Source: an uncultured Gemmatimonadales bacterium (lineage in GTDB: Bacteria > Gemmatimonadota > Gemmatimonadetes > Gemmatimonadales > GWC2-71-9). Taken from it: DNA of 64,000 nucleotides. The stretch spans positions 93,408-157,407 of the forward strand of contig CAVSQW010000004.1 in assembly GCA_963730185.1 (NCBI GenBank), given 5' to 3'. Below, one piece after another: positions 9,148 to 18,062 of this stretch; the first letter of the stretch is position 1; every line of letters begins with the position of its first letter. Below the pieces are notes generated by a model. It was not told where the DNA came from and made no database searches. It saw only the letters and a list, made by a program, of their open reading frames with translations. A program made the position numbers and the translations under genes.

Positions 9148-10824
9148 ATGCTTCGATCCCCAACGATGGTCGTTGGCCTGCTCTTCGTGGCCGCGTTCCC
9201 ACCGGTCGCCGTGGCGCAGGCGCCGGCCGGCGAGGCGAGCCCGGCCGCGATCGATTCGGTCTTCAGGCAGTACGATCACAGCTCGACGCCCGGCTGCGCC
9301 CTGGGCGTCTTTCGCGACGGGCGGATCGTCTACGAGCGGGGCTACGGGATGGCGGACCTCAACCAGGGGATCGCCATCACCCCGCATACCGTCTTCTACA
9401 TCGCGTCCACCTCCAAACAGTTCACCGCGTTCGCCACGGCACTGCTGGTCGAGCAGGGGCGGATCGCCCTCTCGGACCCGGTCCGGAAGTACGTTCCCGA
9501 GCTCCCGGCCTGGGGCGATTCGATCACGGTGGACGAGCTGGTGCACCACACCAGCGGCGCGCGCGACTACCTGGGGCTCTGGGGCATGTCGGGCCGTTCG
9601 TTCGCTGACGAGATCCCGAGCGTCGAGGCGCTGGCGCTGATTTCCCGGCAGCGGGCGCTCAACTTCGCGCCGGGGAGCGAGTGGTCGTACAGCAACTCCG
9701 GCTTCTTCCTGCTCTCGGAGATCGTCGGGCGGGTGACGGGTGGCTCGCTCCGGCAGTTCACCGAGCAGGCGATGTTCGGTCCGCTGGGGATGCGGTCGAC
9801 GCACTTCCACGACGACAACGCCGAGATCGTGCCGGATCGGGCGGAGGGCTATCAGCCGGACGGGGCGGGCGGGTTCCAGATCGTCCGAACCAGCTTCGCC
9901 CTGGTGGGCGACGGCGGGCTTCTCACCACGGTGGAAGACCTCGCCAAGTGGGACGAGAACTTCTACCACAACCGGCTGGGCGGGGGCCAGGCCCTGATCG
10001 ACCGGGTCACCACGCCGGGGCATCTCGCCGACGGCGAGGCAATCGACTACGCCTTCGGCCTCTTCAAGGGCACCCACCGCGGCCTGACCATGATCCAGCA
10101 CGGCGGGTCGTTTATCGGCTTCCGGGCGCAGCTGACCCGGTTTCCGACCGAGCACTTCTCGGTGGCGGTGCTCTGCAACGACTATACGGCGCAGCCCGAG
10201 GCGATGGCCCTCCGGGTGGCCGACCGGTATCTGGCCGATCGGCTGGCGCCGGAGCCGACCAAGGCGGCGGGGCCCGGCGGCGCCGGGGTGCCGGTGTCTC
10301 TGGCGGCCTTGGACCGGTTGGTGGGCCGCTATGCGATCGTGCCCGGCCTGGTGGTTTCCGTGGTCCGGGATTCGGGCGGCCTGGCCGCCCGAATCCGGGG
10401 CGCCCCGCCGATGTCGTTGCGGGCCACCTCCGACTCCACCTTCACGGCGGAGGGTCTCCCCGGCGAGCTTCGCTTCACCGGATCCGGGGCGCCCGCCTTG
10501 GCCGTGCCCGGAATGGGCGTCAAGGTGCCGGCGCCCCGGCTCGTCGACCCGCCGCCGCTCACGCCGTCGGCGCTGGCGGCCTACACCGGTCGCTACACCA
10601 GCGACGAGCTCGACACCTGGGTCGAGCTCCGGGCCGCCGACGGCGGTCTGGAGGTTCGGCGCCGGTTCCAGCCCTGGGAGAAGCTCCAGGCCATCGCTCC
10701 GGATCGGTTCGTGGGCGGCGGCTCGGAGGCCCGCTTCGAGCGTGACCGTCGGGGCCGGGTGACCGGGTTCACCCTCAATGCAGCCCGGGTGCTGGGTATC
10801 CAGTTCGTGAAAGCCGGACCCTGA
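9148..10824 (+). CDS. Serine hydrolase, class C beta-lactamase fold with C-terminal extension (D-aminopeptidase-like architecture)
   Basis: STSK, YSN, HGG and LVHHTSG motifs, a signal peptide, and C-terminal modules (VGRY..., YTGRYTSDEL). Confidence 0.88.
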   Translation: MLRSPTMVVGLLFVAAFPPVAVAQAPAGEASPAAIDSVFRQYDHSSTPGCALGVFRDGRIVYERGYGMADLNQGIAITPHTVFYIASTSKQFTAFATALLVEQGRIALSDPVRKYVPELPAWGDSITVDELVHHTSGARDYLGLWGMSGRSFADEIPSVEALALISRQRALNFAPGSEWSYSNSGFFLLSEIVGRVTGGSLRQFTEQAMFGPLGMRSTHFHDDNAEIVPDRAEGYQPDGAGGFQIVRTSFALVGDGGLLTTVEDLAKWDENFYHNRLGGGQALIDRVTTPGHLADGEAIDYAFGLFKGTHRGLTMIQHGGSFIGFRAQLTRFPTEHFSVAVLCNDYTAQPEAMALRVADRYLADRLAPEPTKAAGPGGAGVPVSLAALDRLVGRYAIVPGLVVSVVRDSGGLAARIRGAPPMSLRATSDSTFTAEGLPGELRFTGSGAPALAVPGMGVKVPAPRLVDPPPLTPSALAAYTGRYTSDELDTWVELRAADGGLEVRRRFQPWEKLQAIAPDRFVGGGSEARFERDRRGRVTGFTLNAARVLGIQFVKAGP

Positions 10825-10847
10825 TCTTCATCCCACTTCGAGGCGCC

Positions 10848-12920
10848 ATGTCGACTCGTCCCTTGCTTCGGGTCCTGCTGCTGCTCGCGATCGCGACGCC
10901 GCTCCAGGCCCAGGATGCCACCCTCGACGCGCTCCTGGGCGCGCCCTTTCCCGAAGATCTCGTGGCCGCGCCCACCGGCGGCACGGTCGCGTGGGTGCAC
11001 ATCACCCGGGGCGTGCGGAACGTCTGGGCGGCCGCCGGGCCGGACTATCGCGGCCGCCAGCTCACCGCCTACACCGTCGACGACGGTCAGGAGATCGCGG
11101 ACCTGGCCTTCTCGGCCGACGGCCGCACGCTCTACTACGTCCGGGGCGGAGCCCCCAATCGTTCAGGCGAGATCCCCAACCCGGACAGCGACCCCGCGGG
11201 TCAGGAGCGGGCGGTCTGGCGGGTGAGCGTCAGTGGCGGCGCCCCGGTCCGGGTCGGGGTGGGGTCGGGGCCGGCCCCGGCGCCCAAGGGCGACGCGCTG
11301 CTCTTCCTCAATCGGGGGCAGATCTGGTCCGCGGGCGAACGAGGCGAGGCCCGGCAGCTGGTGAAGGCGCGGGGCTCGATCGGCGAGCTGGTCTGGTCGC
11401 CGGACGGATCGAAGGTCGCCTTCTCGAGCCGGCGGGGCGATCACGCCTTCGTCGGGGTCTACGATGTCGGCGCCAAGCGGCTCGCGTGGATCGATCCGAG
11501 TTTCGATACCGATGTGGATCCGGCCTGGTCGCCGGACGGCCGGCGGATCGCCTTCATCCGGATTCCGGCCGGCTTCAACCCGCCGCTCTTCGGTCCGATC
11601 CGCCAGTACCAGCCGTGGTCGATTCGGGTGGCCGACGTGGCCACCGGCGCGGGGCATGAGGTCTGGCGCGCTCTGGACGGGAAGGGAAGCGTGCTGCACG
11701 GCGTGGTCGGCCCGACCTTGATCTGGGCCGCCGGAGACCGGCTGGTGTTTCCCTGGGAACGCGACGGCTGGAGCCACCTCTACGCTCTGGACGCGGCCGG
11801 CGGGCAGCCCACGCTCCTCACCCCGGGGGAGGGTGAGGTGGAGTACGTGGCGGCCGCGCCGGATCGGCGGTCGATCATCTACAACACCAACATCGGCGAC
11901 ATCGATCGCCGCCACCTCTTCCAGGTGTCGGTGGCCGGTGGCGCGCCGACCGCGCTCACCACCGGGACCGGGATCGAGTGGGCGCCCGCGCCGACGGCCG
12001 ATGGACAGGCGCTCGCCTTCCTGGCGTCGGATGCGACGACGCCCGGCCATCCGGCGGTCGAGATCGGCGGACAGGTCCGGTCCATGGTGGAGGGTGCGCT
12101 GCCGGCCGGCTTCCCCAGTGCCCAGCTGGTCACGCCGGAACAGGTGATCTTTTCGGCCTCGGACGGTCTCCAGATCCACGGCCAGCTCTTCCTGCCCAAG
12201 AACGCCCGGGCCGGCGACCATCGACCGGCGCTGCTCTTCTTCCACGGCGGCTCCCGGCGTCAGATGCTCCTGGGCTGGCACTACATGTTCTACTACAGCA
12301 ACGCGTACGCGATGAACCAGTACCTGGCCGGTCTCGGCTACGTGGTGCTCTCGGTGAACTACCGGAGCGGGGTCGGCTACGGGATGGAGTTCCGCGAGGC
12401 GCTCGACTACGGTGCGACCGGCGCGACGGAGTTCAACGACGTGATGGGCGCCGGCCTCTATCTTCAGCATCGCCCGGAGGTGGATCCCGACCGGATCGGG
12501 CTCTGGGGCGGGTCGTACGGTGGCTACCTCACGGCGATGGGGCTCGCGAAGGCCTCGAACCTGTTCAAGGCCGGCGTCGACCTGCACGGAGTGCACGACT
12601 GGAACGAAGGCATCCAAACGTTCGTGCCGAGCTACAACCCGCTGGACCGCCCCGAGGCCGCGCGGCTGGCATTCGAGTCGTCGCCGCTGGCCTGGGTGGA
12701 TACCTGGAAGTCCCCGGTCCTGGTGATCCAGGGCGACGACGACCGGAACGTGGACTTCCACCAGACGGTACGCCTGATCACGGCGCTCCGGGCGCGGGGC
12801 GTCACGGTGGAGCAGCTGGCCTTTCCGGACGAAGTGCACGACTTCCTGGCGGGCGTGACTTGGCGCCGAGCCTACGCCGCGACGGCGGACTTCTTCCAAC
12901 GGCGGCTGGGTCGGCCGTGA
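10848..12920 (+). CDS. S9 family (prolyl oligopeptidase/acylaminoacyl) peptidase with PD40-like propeller
   Basis: WSPDG repeats, FHGG, nucleophile GGSYGG, Asp (GDDDRNV), His (DEVHDF) and a signal peptide. Confidence 0.92.
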   Translation: MSTRPLLRVLLLLAIATPLQAQDATLDALLGAPFPEDLVAAPTGGTVAWVHITRGVRNVWAAAGPDYRGRQLTAYTVDDGQEIADLAFSADGRTLYYVRGGAPNRSGEIPNPDSDPAGQERAVWRVSVSGGAPVRVGVGSGPAPAPKGDALLFLNRGQIWSAGERGEARQLVKARGSIGELVWSPDGSKVAFSSRRGDHAFVGVYDVGAKRLAWIDPSFDTDVDPAWSPDGRRIAFIRIPAGFNPPLFGPIRQYQPWSIRVADVATGAGHEVWRALDGKGSVLHGVVGPTLIWAAGDRLVFPWERDGWSHLYALDAAGGQPTLLTPGEGEVEYVAAAPDRRSIIYNTNIGDIDRRHLFQVSVAGGAPTALTTGTGIEWAPAPTADGQALAFLASDATTPGHPAVEIGGQVRSMVEGALPAGFPSAQLVTPEQVIFSASDGLQIHGQLFLPKNARAGDHRPALLFFHGGSRRQMLLGWHYMFYYSNAYAMNQYLAGLGYVVLSVNYRSGVGYGMEFREALDYGATGATEFNDVMGAGLYLQHRPEVDPDRIGLWGGSYGGYLTAMGLAKASNLFKAGVDLHGVHDWNEGIQTFVPSYNPLDRPEAARLAFESSPLAWVDTWKSPVLVIQGDDDRNVDFHQTVRLITALRARGVTVEQLAFPDEVHDFLAGVTWRRAYAATADFFQRRLGRP

Positions 12921-12954
12921 CCGCGGAGCTGGATGTCCGGCGGCGGAGTCGGTG

Positions 12955-14199
12955 ATGAAGCGAACCATCGTGGTGGGCGCCGGCGCGGTCGGCCTCGGAT
13001 GCGCCTATGCGCTTCGGCGGCGGGGCCGTGACGTAATCGTCCTGGACCGGGGCCAGCCGGGTCAGGCCTGCACCCGCGGCAACGCGGGCTGGATCACGCC
13101 GTCGATCTCGGGGCCGATCCCGGCCCCGGGACTGACCTGGACCTCGCTCAAGTGGATGCTCCGGAGCGACAGCCCGCTCTACATCTCGCCCCGGGCGGTG
13201 CCGTCGCTCTCCCGCTGGCTCTGGCGCTTCTGGCGCCACTGCAACCAGCGGGACTTCGTCCACGGGCTCCGGGCTACGGCGGAGCTCAACCGCCGGACGT
13301 TTGCGCTCTTCGACCAGCTGGAGCGGGAGGGGGTCGAGTTCGAGCTCCATCGGCAGGGGCTCCTCTACGTGTTCCTCGACGAGCGCTACCTGCGTGCCGC
13401 GCTCCAGGACTTTCCCTACTACAAGGAATACGGATACGACGTGCCGGAGCCGCTCAGCGCCGAGGCGCTCCGGCGCGAGGAGCCGTCGCTCTCGGCCCGG
13501 GTGAAGGGCGGCTTTCTGGTCCCTCAGGAGTACCACGTCCGGCCCGAGACGTTGGCCCGAGGTTATGCCGAGCGCCTGGCCGGGCTCGGGGTGGAGATCC
13601 GACCGGGGGTCGAGGTCACCGGGCTGGTGCGGCGCCAGGATATCGCGGTCGGGGTGGAGACGGCGGGTGGCCTGGTCGAGGGTGATAGCGTGCTGGTCGC
13701 GGCCGGGGCGTGGAGCGGTCAGGTGATCGAGGGCTTCGGGGTGTCGCTGCCGGTCCAGGCGGGCAAGGGCTACAGTATCACCTTCAACGGCGCCGGTCCC
13801 CAGCTCAAGCGCCCGCTCTATCTCGGGGAGGCGAAGGTGGGATGCTCGCCGTTCGAGGGCGCCGTGCGGTTCGCGGGCACGATGGAGCTCTCCGGCGTGA
13901 ACACGGTGCTCGATCCCCGGCGGGTGGTGGGCATCCGCCGGGGGATCCAGCCCTACTTCGACCTCGACGTGCAGGGTGCCCCCGGGGAGGAGTGGGTCGG
14001 GATGCGGCCCCTCACGCCCGACGGCCTGCCGCTGCTGGGCCGGGTGCCGGGCCATCGGAACCTCTTCGTGGCCACCGGGCACGCGATGCTGGGCATCACC
14101 CTGGCGCCGGTCACCGGTGAGGTGATGGCCGACCTGATCACCGAGGCCGTGCCTGACACCCAGTACGCGGCGTTCGAGCCGGGACGCTTCCGATGGTAG
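12955..14199 (+). CDS. FAD-dependent D-amino acid dehydrogenase (DadA family)
   Basis: GAGAVG, GNAG, AAGAWS, GKGYS, WVGMRPLTPDGLP and ATGHAMLG motifs. Confidence 0.9.
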   Translation: MKRTIVVGAGAVGLGCAYALRRRGRDVIVLDRGQPGQACTRGNAGWITPSISGPIPAPGLTWTSLKWMLRSDSPLYISPRAVPSLSRWLWRFWRHCNQRDFVHGLRATAELNRRTFALFDQLEREGVEFELHRQGLLYVFLDERYLRAALQDFPYYKEYGYDVPEPLSAEALRREEPSLSARVKGGFLVPQEYHVRPETLARGYAERLAGLGVEIRPGVEVTGLVRRQDIAVGVETAGGLVEGDSVLVAAGAWSGQVIEGFGVSLPVQAGKGYSITFNGAGPQLKRPLYLGEAKVGCSPFEGAVRFAGTMELSGVNTVLDPRRVVGIRRGIQPYFDLDVQGAPGEEWVGMRPLTPDGLPLLGRVPGHRNLFVATGHAMLGITLAPVTGEVMADLITEAVPDTQYAAFEPGRFRW

Positions 14200-15317
14200 C
14201 CGACGCCATCGCCGCCGAAGCGCGGGCCCTGCACCAGCGATCGCTGGTGTGGGACGCGCACATGGACACCCTCCAGGCCCCGGTGTGCGAGGGCGTCGAT
14301 CTCGGCGAGCCAAACCCGGGCTGGCCCGATCTCGGTCACTGGCGCCGAGGCGGGATCCGGGCGCAGGTGTTCGCGGTCTGGGTCGACACGATCTACGGTC
14401 CGGCCTGGGGCCTCCGGCGCGCGCTCCAGCAGGTCGAGGCGTTTCACCGCCTCTGCGAGCGGCATCCCGATCAGATCGAAGCGGCCCGAACCGGCGCCGA
14501 CATCCGGCGGATCGTCAAGTCGGGGCGGTTGGCCGGGCTCCTGTCGCTCGAGGGCGGGATGGCCATCCAGAACGACCTCGCGGTGCTCCGGACCTTTCAT
14601 CGGCTCGGGGTGAGCTCGATGACCCTGACCCACTCCAACTCGATCGACTGGGTCGATTCGTCGACGGACGTGCCCCGGTCCAACGGGCTGAGCGAGTTCG
14701 GTCGAGAGGTGGTGCGGGAGATGAACCGGCTGGGGATGGTGGTCGACGTCTCCCACGTGTCGGACCAGGCGGTCCGCGATGTGCTGGCCACCTCGACCCA
14801 CCCGGTGGTCGCGACCCATTCCTGTGCCCACGCGCTCCACGCCCACCCGAGGAACCTGACCGATCAGTTGATCCGGAGCATCGCCGACGGCGGTGGGGTG
14901 GTGGGTCTCAACTTCATGTCGATGTTCCTCGAGGCCGAGATCTGGCGGACCTGTCTGGAGCTCGACCAGGATCTGCTCGCCGAGCTCAACCGGCCGCCGA
15001 CCGTCGCTCCGGCGGATCTCGACGCGGAGGCGGCTCGCCGGGTCCGGGCGTTCTTCACGGCCAGCCTGCCTCCCGTCCCGCTCGACCGGCTGGCCGACCA
15101 TCTGATTCACTTCCTGTCGGTCGCGGGCGAGGACCACGTGGGGCTGGGCAGTGACATGGGCTCGCCCGGACTGGCGTTTCCCGTGGGGCTCGACTCGCCG
15201 GCCGACTTTCCGCGGGTGACCGAGGTGCTGCTCCGGCGCGGGGTGAGCCCGGGCGTGGTGGAGAAGGTGTTGGGGAAGAACTTTCTCCGGGTCTGGGAGG
15301 AAGTGACCCGGAGCTGA
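14193..15317 (+). CDS. Membrane dipeptidase family (peptidase M19)
   Basis: DAHMD, SLEGG, MTLTH, EMNRLGMVVDVSH, THS, RNLTD and VGLGSD motifs. Confidence 0.92.
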   Translation: MVADAIAAEARALHQRSLVWDAHMDTLQAPVCEGVDLGEPNPGWPDLGHWRRGGIRAQVFAVWVDTIYGPAWGLRRALQQVEAFHRLCERHPDQIEAARTGADIRRIVKSGRLAGLLSLEGGMAIQNDLAVLRTFHRLGVSSMTLTHSNSIDWVDSSTDVPRSNGLSEFGREVVREMNRLGMVVDVSHVSDQAVRDVLATSTHPVVATHSCAHALHAHPRNLTDQLIRSIADGGGVVGLNFMSMFLEAEIWRTCLELDQDLLAELNRPPTVAPADLDAEAARRVRAFFTASLPPVPLDRLADHLIHFLSVAGEDHVGLGSDMGSPGLAFPVGLDSPADFPRVTEVLLRRGVSPGVVEKVLGKNFLRVWEEVTRS

Positions 15318-15323
15318 TACGGC

Positions 15324-15904
15324 TCAGCCTGCCGCCCGTTTGTCCCAAGAGCGGGCCAGGCCGTGGTAGCTGGTCCGGAAGTCGGCGAACCCCGCATAGG
15401 TGGCGATGTCGTCCGGCGAGCCCAAGGCGGCCGGCCGGCCCATGATCTCGGCGTGGAACCGGTCGGCCCGCGCGCCGTCGGTCAGGTCCTGGTCGGGCCG
15501 GAGCCGGCGGGCCGTTCCGGCCCTGTCGGCGATCGGGCACCGGGAGGAAGGGCCCCCAGAGCGAGTCCATCCAATCCCCGTAGATTCGGGTGGCGCTCGC
15601 CGGCAGCTTGGCCGGATCGACGAGGTGTCGGGCGCCCCGTTCGTGGACGTTCGACCGTGACCTCCGGATTGACCTGGGCCAGTGATCCGACCGCGCCGGC
15701 GTGGTCGAGGTGGATGTGGCTGAGGAGCACGGCGTGGAGATCGCCCACCCCCAGGCCGCGCTCGGCCAGCCCCGCCTCCAGCGCCGCCACGGTGGAGCCC
15801 GGCCCGGTATCGATCGGCACGGGGCCCCGACCGGTGGCGAGGACCTCGACCGCGACGTACTCGCTCCGGCCTTGGTGCCTGGTGTCGATCGTGAAATCTT
15901 CCAT
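15324..15904 (-). pseudogene. MBL-fold metallo-hydrolase, frameshifted and internally deleted
   Basis: Starts MEDFTIDTRH..IDTGP..SHIHLDHAG, shifts frame to VHERGARHLVDP..WGPFLPVP, then jumps to the C-terminal ..SYHGLARSWDKRAAG*. The middle region that should carry the later His/Asp metal ligands is absent. Confidence 0.75.
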
Positions 15905-15916
15905 GGAGATACGGAT

Positions 15917-16134
15917 TGGTGAGTCGTGAGTGGTGAATGGGGAGTGAGTGGGCGGTGATGAGTAGGGGGGCGCCCGGTGCGCCCGAGGAGAATACACCGT
16001 ATCATACCCGGCGGCCTCGCTTCGGGAATTCGGGTCGCCGTCCGTCGCCCGCGCCATGCATGACCCACGACCCACGACCCACTCGCTACTCACGAGTCAC
16101 TCCCGATTCACCACTCACGAGCCACGAATCACGA
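15917..16134. repeat. Second inverted heptamer array; arms 15917-15969 and 16064-16134 flank a ~94-bp core between divergent genes
   Basis: Left arm: tggtgag tcgtgag tggtgaa tggggag tgag tgggcgg tgatgag taggggg. Right arm: cccacga cccacga ccca ctcgcta ctcacga gtca ctcccga ttcacca ctcacga gccacga atcacga. Confidence 0.9.
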
Positions 16135-16135
16135 T

Positions 16136-16894
16136 ATGGCCAGGGTCATCATCACCGCCGCGGCATCCGGCATCGGTCGGGCGATCGCCGAGCGATTTCT
16201 CGCCGACGAGGCTCGGGTCTTCATCTGCGACGTCGACGGGGCCGCGCTGGAGCGGACCCTGGCCGAGCTCCCGGGGCTGGCCGGGTCGGTGACCGACGTC
16301 GGGTCGGCGCCGGCGGTCGAGCGGATGATCGGCCAGGCGCTCGACACCCTCGGCGGGGTCGACGTGCTGATCAACAACCACGGGATTGCCGGGCCGCGGG
16401 GGCCGGTGGAGACGATCCCCTACGACGAGTGGGACCGCACCATCACGGTCAACCTGAACGGGATGTTCTACACCATCCGGAACGTGGTCCCGGCGATGAA
16501 GGCGCAGGGGAGTGGCTGCATCCTCAACCTGGCGACGACCTCGGCTCGGACCGGGCTGCCCAACCGCTCGCCCTACGTCGCCGGCAAGGTGGGCGTGCTC
16601 GGTCTCACCAAGACGCTGGCGCGCGAGCTGGGGCCGTCCAACATCCGGGTCAACGCGGTGCTCCCCGGCTTCATGGACAACCCGCGGGGGCGGGGCGTGC
16701 TGGCCAAGGTCGCGAAGGCCAAGGGGGTGTCGCTGGAGGCGATGGAGCGGGACGCGCTCCGCTACGTCTCGATGCGCACTTGGATCCAGATGAGCGAGGT
16801 GGCCGACGCCTGCGCCTTTCTGGCGAGCGATGCCGCCCGCCATGTCTCGGGCCAGGAGTTGGCGGTGTGCGGCAACGCCGAATGGGAGGAATAG
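16136..16894 (+). CDS. SDR family NAD(P)-dependent oxidoreductase
   Basis: TAAASGIG, INNHG, catalytic YVAGK and IRVNAVLPG motifs. Confidence 0.93.
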   Translation: MARVIITAAASGIGRAIAERFLADEARVFICDVDGAALERTLAELPGLAGSVTDVGSAPAVERMIGQALDTLGGVDVLINNHGIAGPRGPVETIPYDEWDRTITVNLNGMFYTIRNVVPAMKAQGSGCILNLATTSARTGLPNRSPYVAGKVGVLGLTKTLARELGPSNIRVNAVLPGFMDNPRGRGVLAKVAKAKGVSLEAMERDALRYVSMRTWIQMSEVADACAFLASDAARHVSGQELAVCGNAEWEE

Positions 16895-16896
16895 CC

Positions 16897-18054
16897 GTGC
16901 GATACGACGTGGCGGTGGTCGGTCTTGGCGCGATGGGCAGCATGACCGCGTGGCGGCTGGCCCGGCGAGGGCTCAAGGTGATCGGCTTCGACCGCTTCCA
17001 TCCTCCGCACGCCAACGGGTCGTCGGCCGGGCTCAGCCGGATCATTCGGGAGTGCTACTTCGAGCAGCGGTACTACGTCCCGCTGGTGCAGCGGGCCTAC
17101 GGGCTCTGGGCCGAGCTCGAGCGGGCCTCGGGGCGGACCCTCTACACCCGGACCGGGGGGCTGAACATCGGGCGGCCCGAGAGCGCGATCGCCTCCGGGG
17201 CGGTCGCCAGCGCGGAGGCGTTCGGCATCGCGGCCGAGCTGCTCACCGCCGCCGAGGTGCACCGCCGGTTTCCGCCGTTTCGCCTCCGGTCCGACGAGGT
17301 AGCCCTCTACGAACCGCGGGCCGGGGCGCTGATGCCCGAAGACGCGATCGCGGCCGCGCTCGAGGTCGCCGCCGGGGCGGGCGCCGAGCTCCGCTACGAC
17401 GAGCCGGTGCTCGGCTGGGAAGCGACCACGCCGCTCCGGGTTACGACGTCCCGGGGAACGATCGAGGCCGAACGGCTGGTGCTCGCCGCCGGCGCCTGGA
17501 TGGCGGGCGACCTGCCCCGCCTCGGCGTGCCGCTGACCCCGACCCGGCAGGTGCTCTTCTGGCTCGAGCCCGGGGGCGGGCGGCAGCGCTTCGCGGCCGA
17601 CCGCTTCCCGGTCTTCATCTGGCAGTGGAGTCCGGGCCACTCGATCTACGGATTCCCCGATCAGGGGGTCGGCCTCAAGGTGGCGATCCACCACGAGGGG
17701 CAGAGGGTCGATCCCGATCACGTGGACCGCACGGTGCGGGCGGCCGAGGCAGCGACCTTGCTCGAGGTGCTGGGCGAGATTTTGCCCGACGCGGTGGGGC
17801 CGGTTACCCGGTCGTCGGTCTGCCTCTATACCAACACCCGGGACGAAGACTTCGTGATCGACTTCCATCCCGACGACGCCAGGGTGGTGGTCGCGAGCCC
17901 GTGCTCCGGCCACGGCTTCAAGTTCGCGTCGGCGGTGGGCGAAGTGCTGACCGACCTGGTGACGAGCGGCGGCACCGACTTCGATCTCACGCCCTTCCGG
18001 GTGAATCGAGCGGGACTGGTCGGGCCCCGGCTCCAGACGGACGCGCACGGGTAA
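16897..18054 (+). CDS. solA: N-methyl-L-tryptophan oxidase / monomeric sarcosine oxidase family
   Basis: GLGAMG, GSSAGLSRIIR, CLYTNT (flavinylated Cys position) and CSGHGFKF. GTG start 2 bp after the SDR stop, with GGAGG upstream. Confidence 0.88.
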   Translation: MRYDVAVVGLGAMGSMTAWRLARRGLKVIGFDRFHPPHANGSSAGLSRIIRECYFEQRYYVPLVQRAYGLWAELERASGRTLYTRTGGLNIGRPESAIASGAVASAEAFGIAAELLTAAEVHRRFPPFRLRSDEVALYEPRAGALMPEDAIAAALEVAAGAGAELRYDEPVLGWEATTPLRVTTSRGTIEAERLVLAAGAWMAGDLPRLGVPLTPTRQVLFWLEPGGGRQRFAADRFPVFIWQWSPGHSIYGFPDQGVGLKVAIHHEGQRVDPDHVDRTVRAAEAATLLEVLGEILPDAVGPVTRSSVCLYTNTRDEDFVIDFHPDDARVVVASPCSGHGFKFASAVGEVLTDLVTSGGTDFDLTPFRVNRAGLVGPRLQTDAHG

Positions 18055-18062
18055 AGGCGTCG

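Noticed and set aside
7554..10824. Class C beta-lactamase resistance genes
   Set aside because: The third motif is HSG/HGG rather than AmpC KTG, and both have C-terminal extensions. This fits D-peptidase/esterase relatives better.
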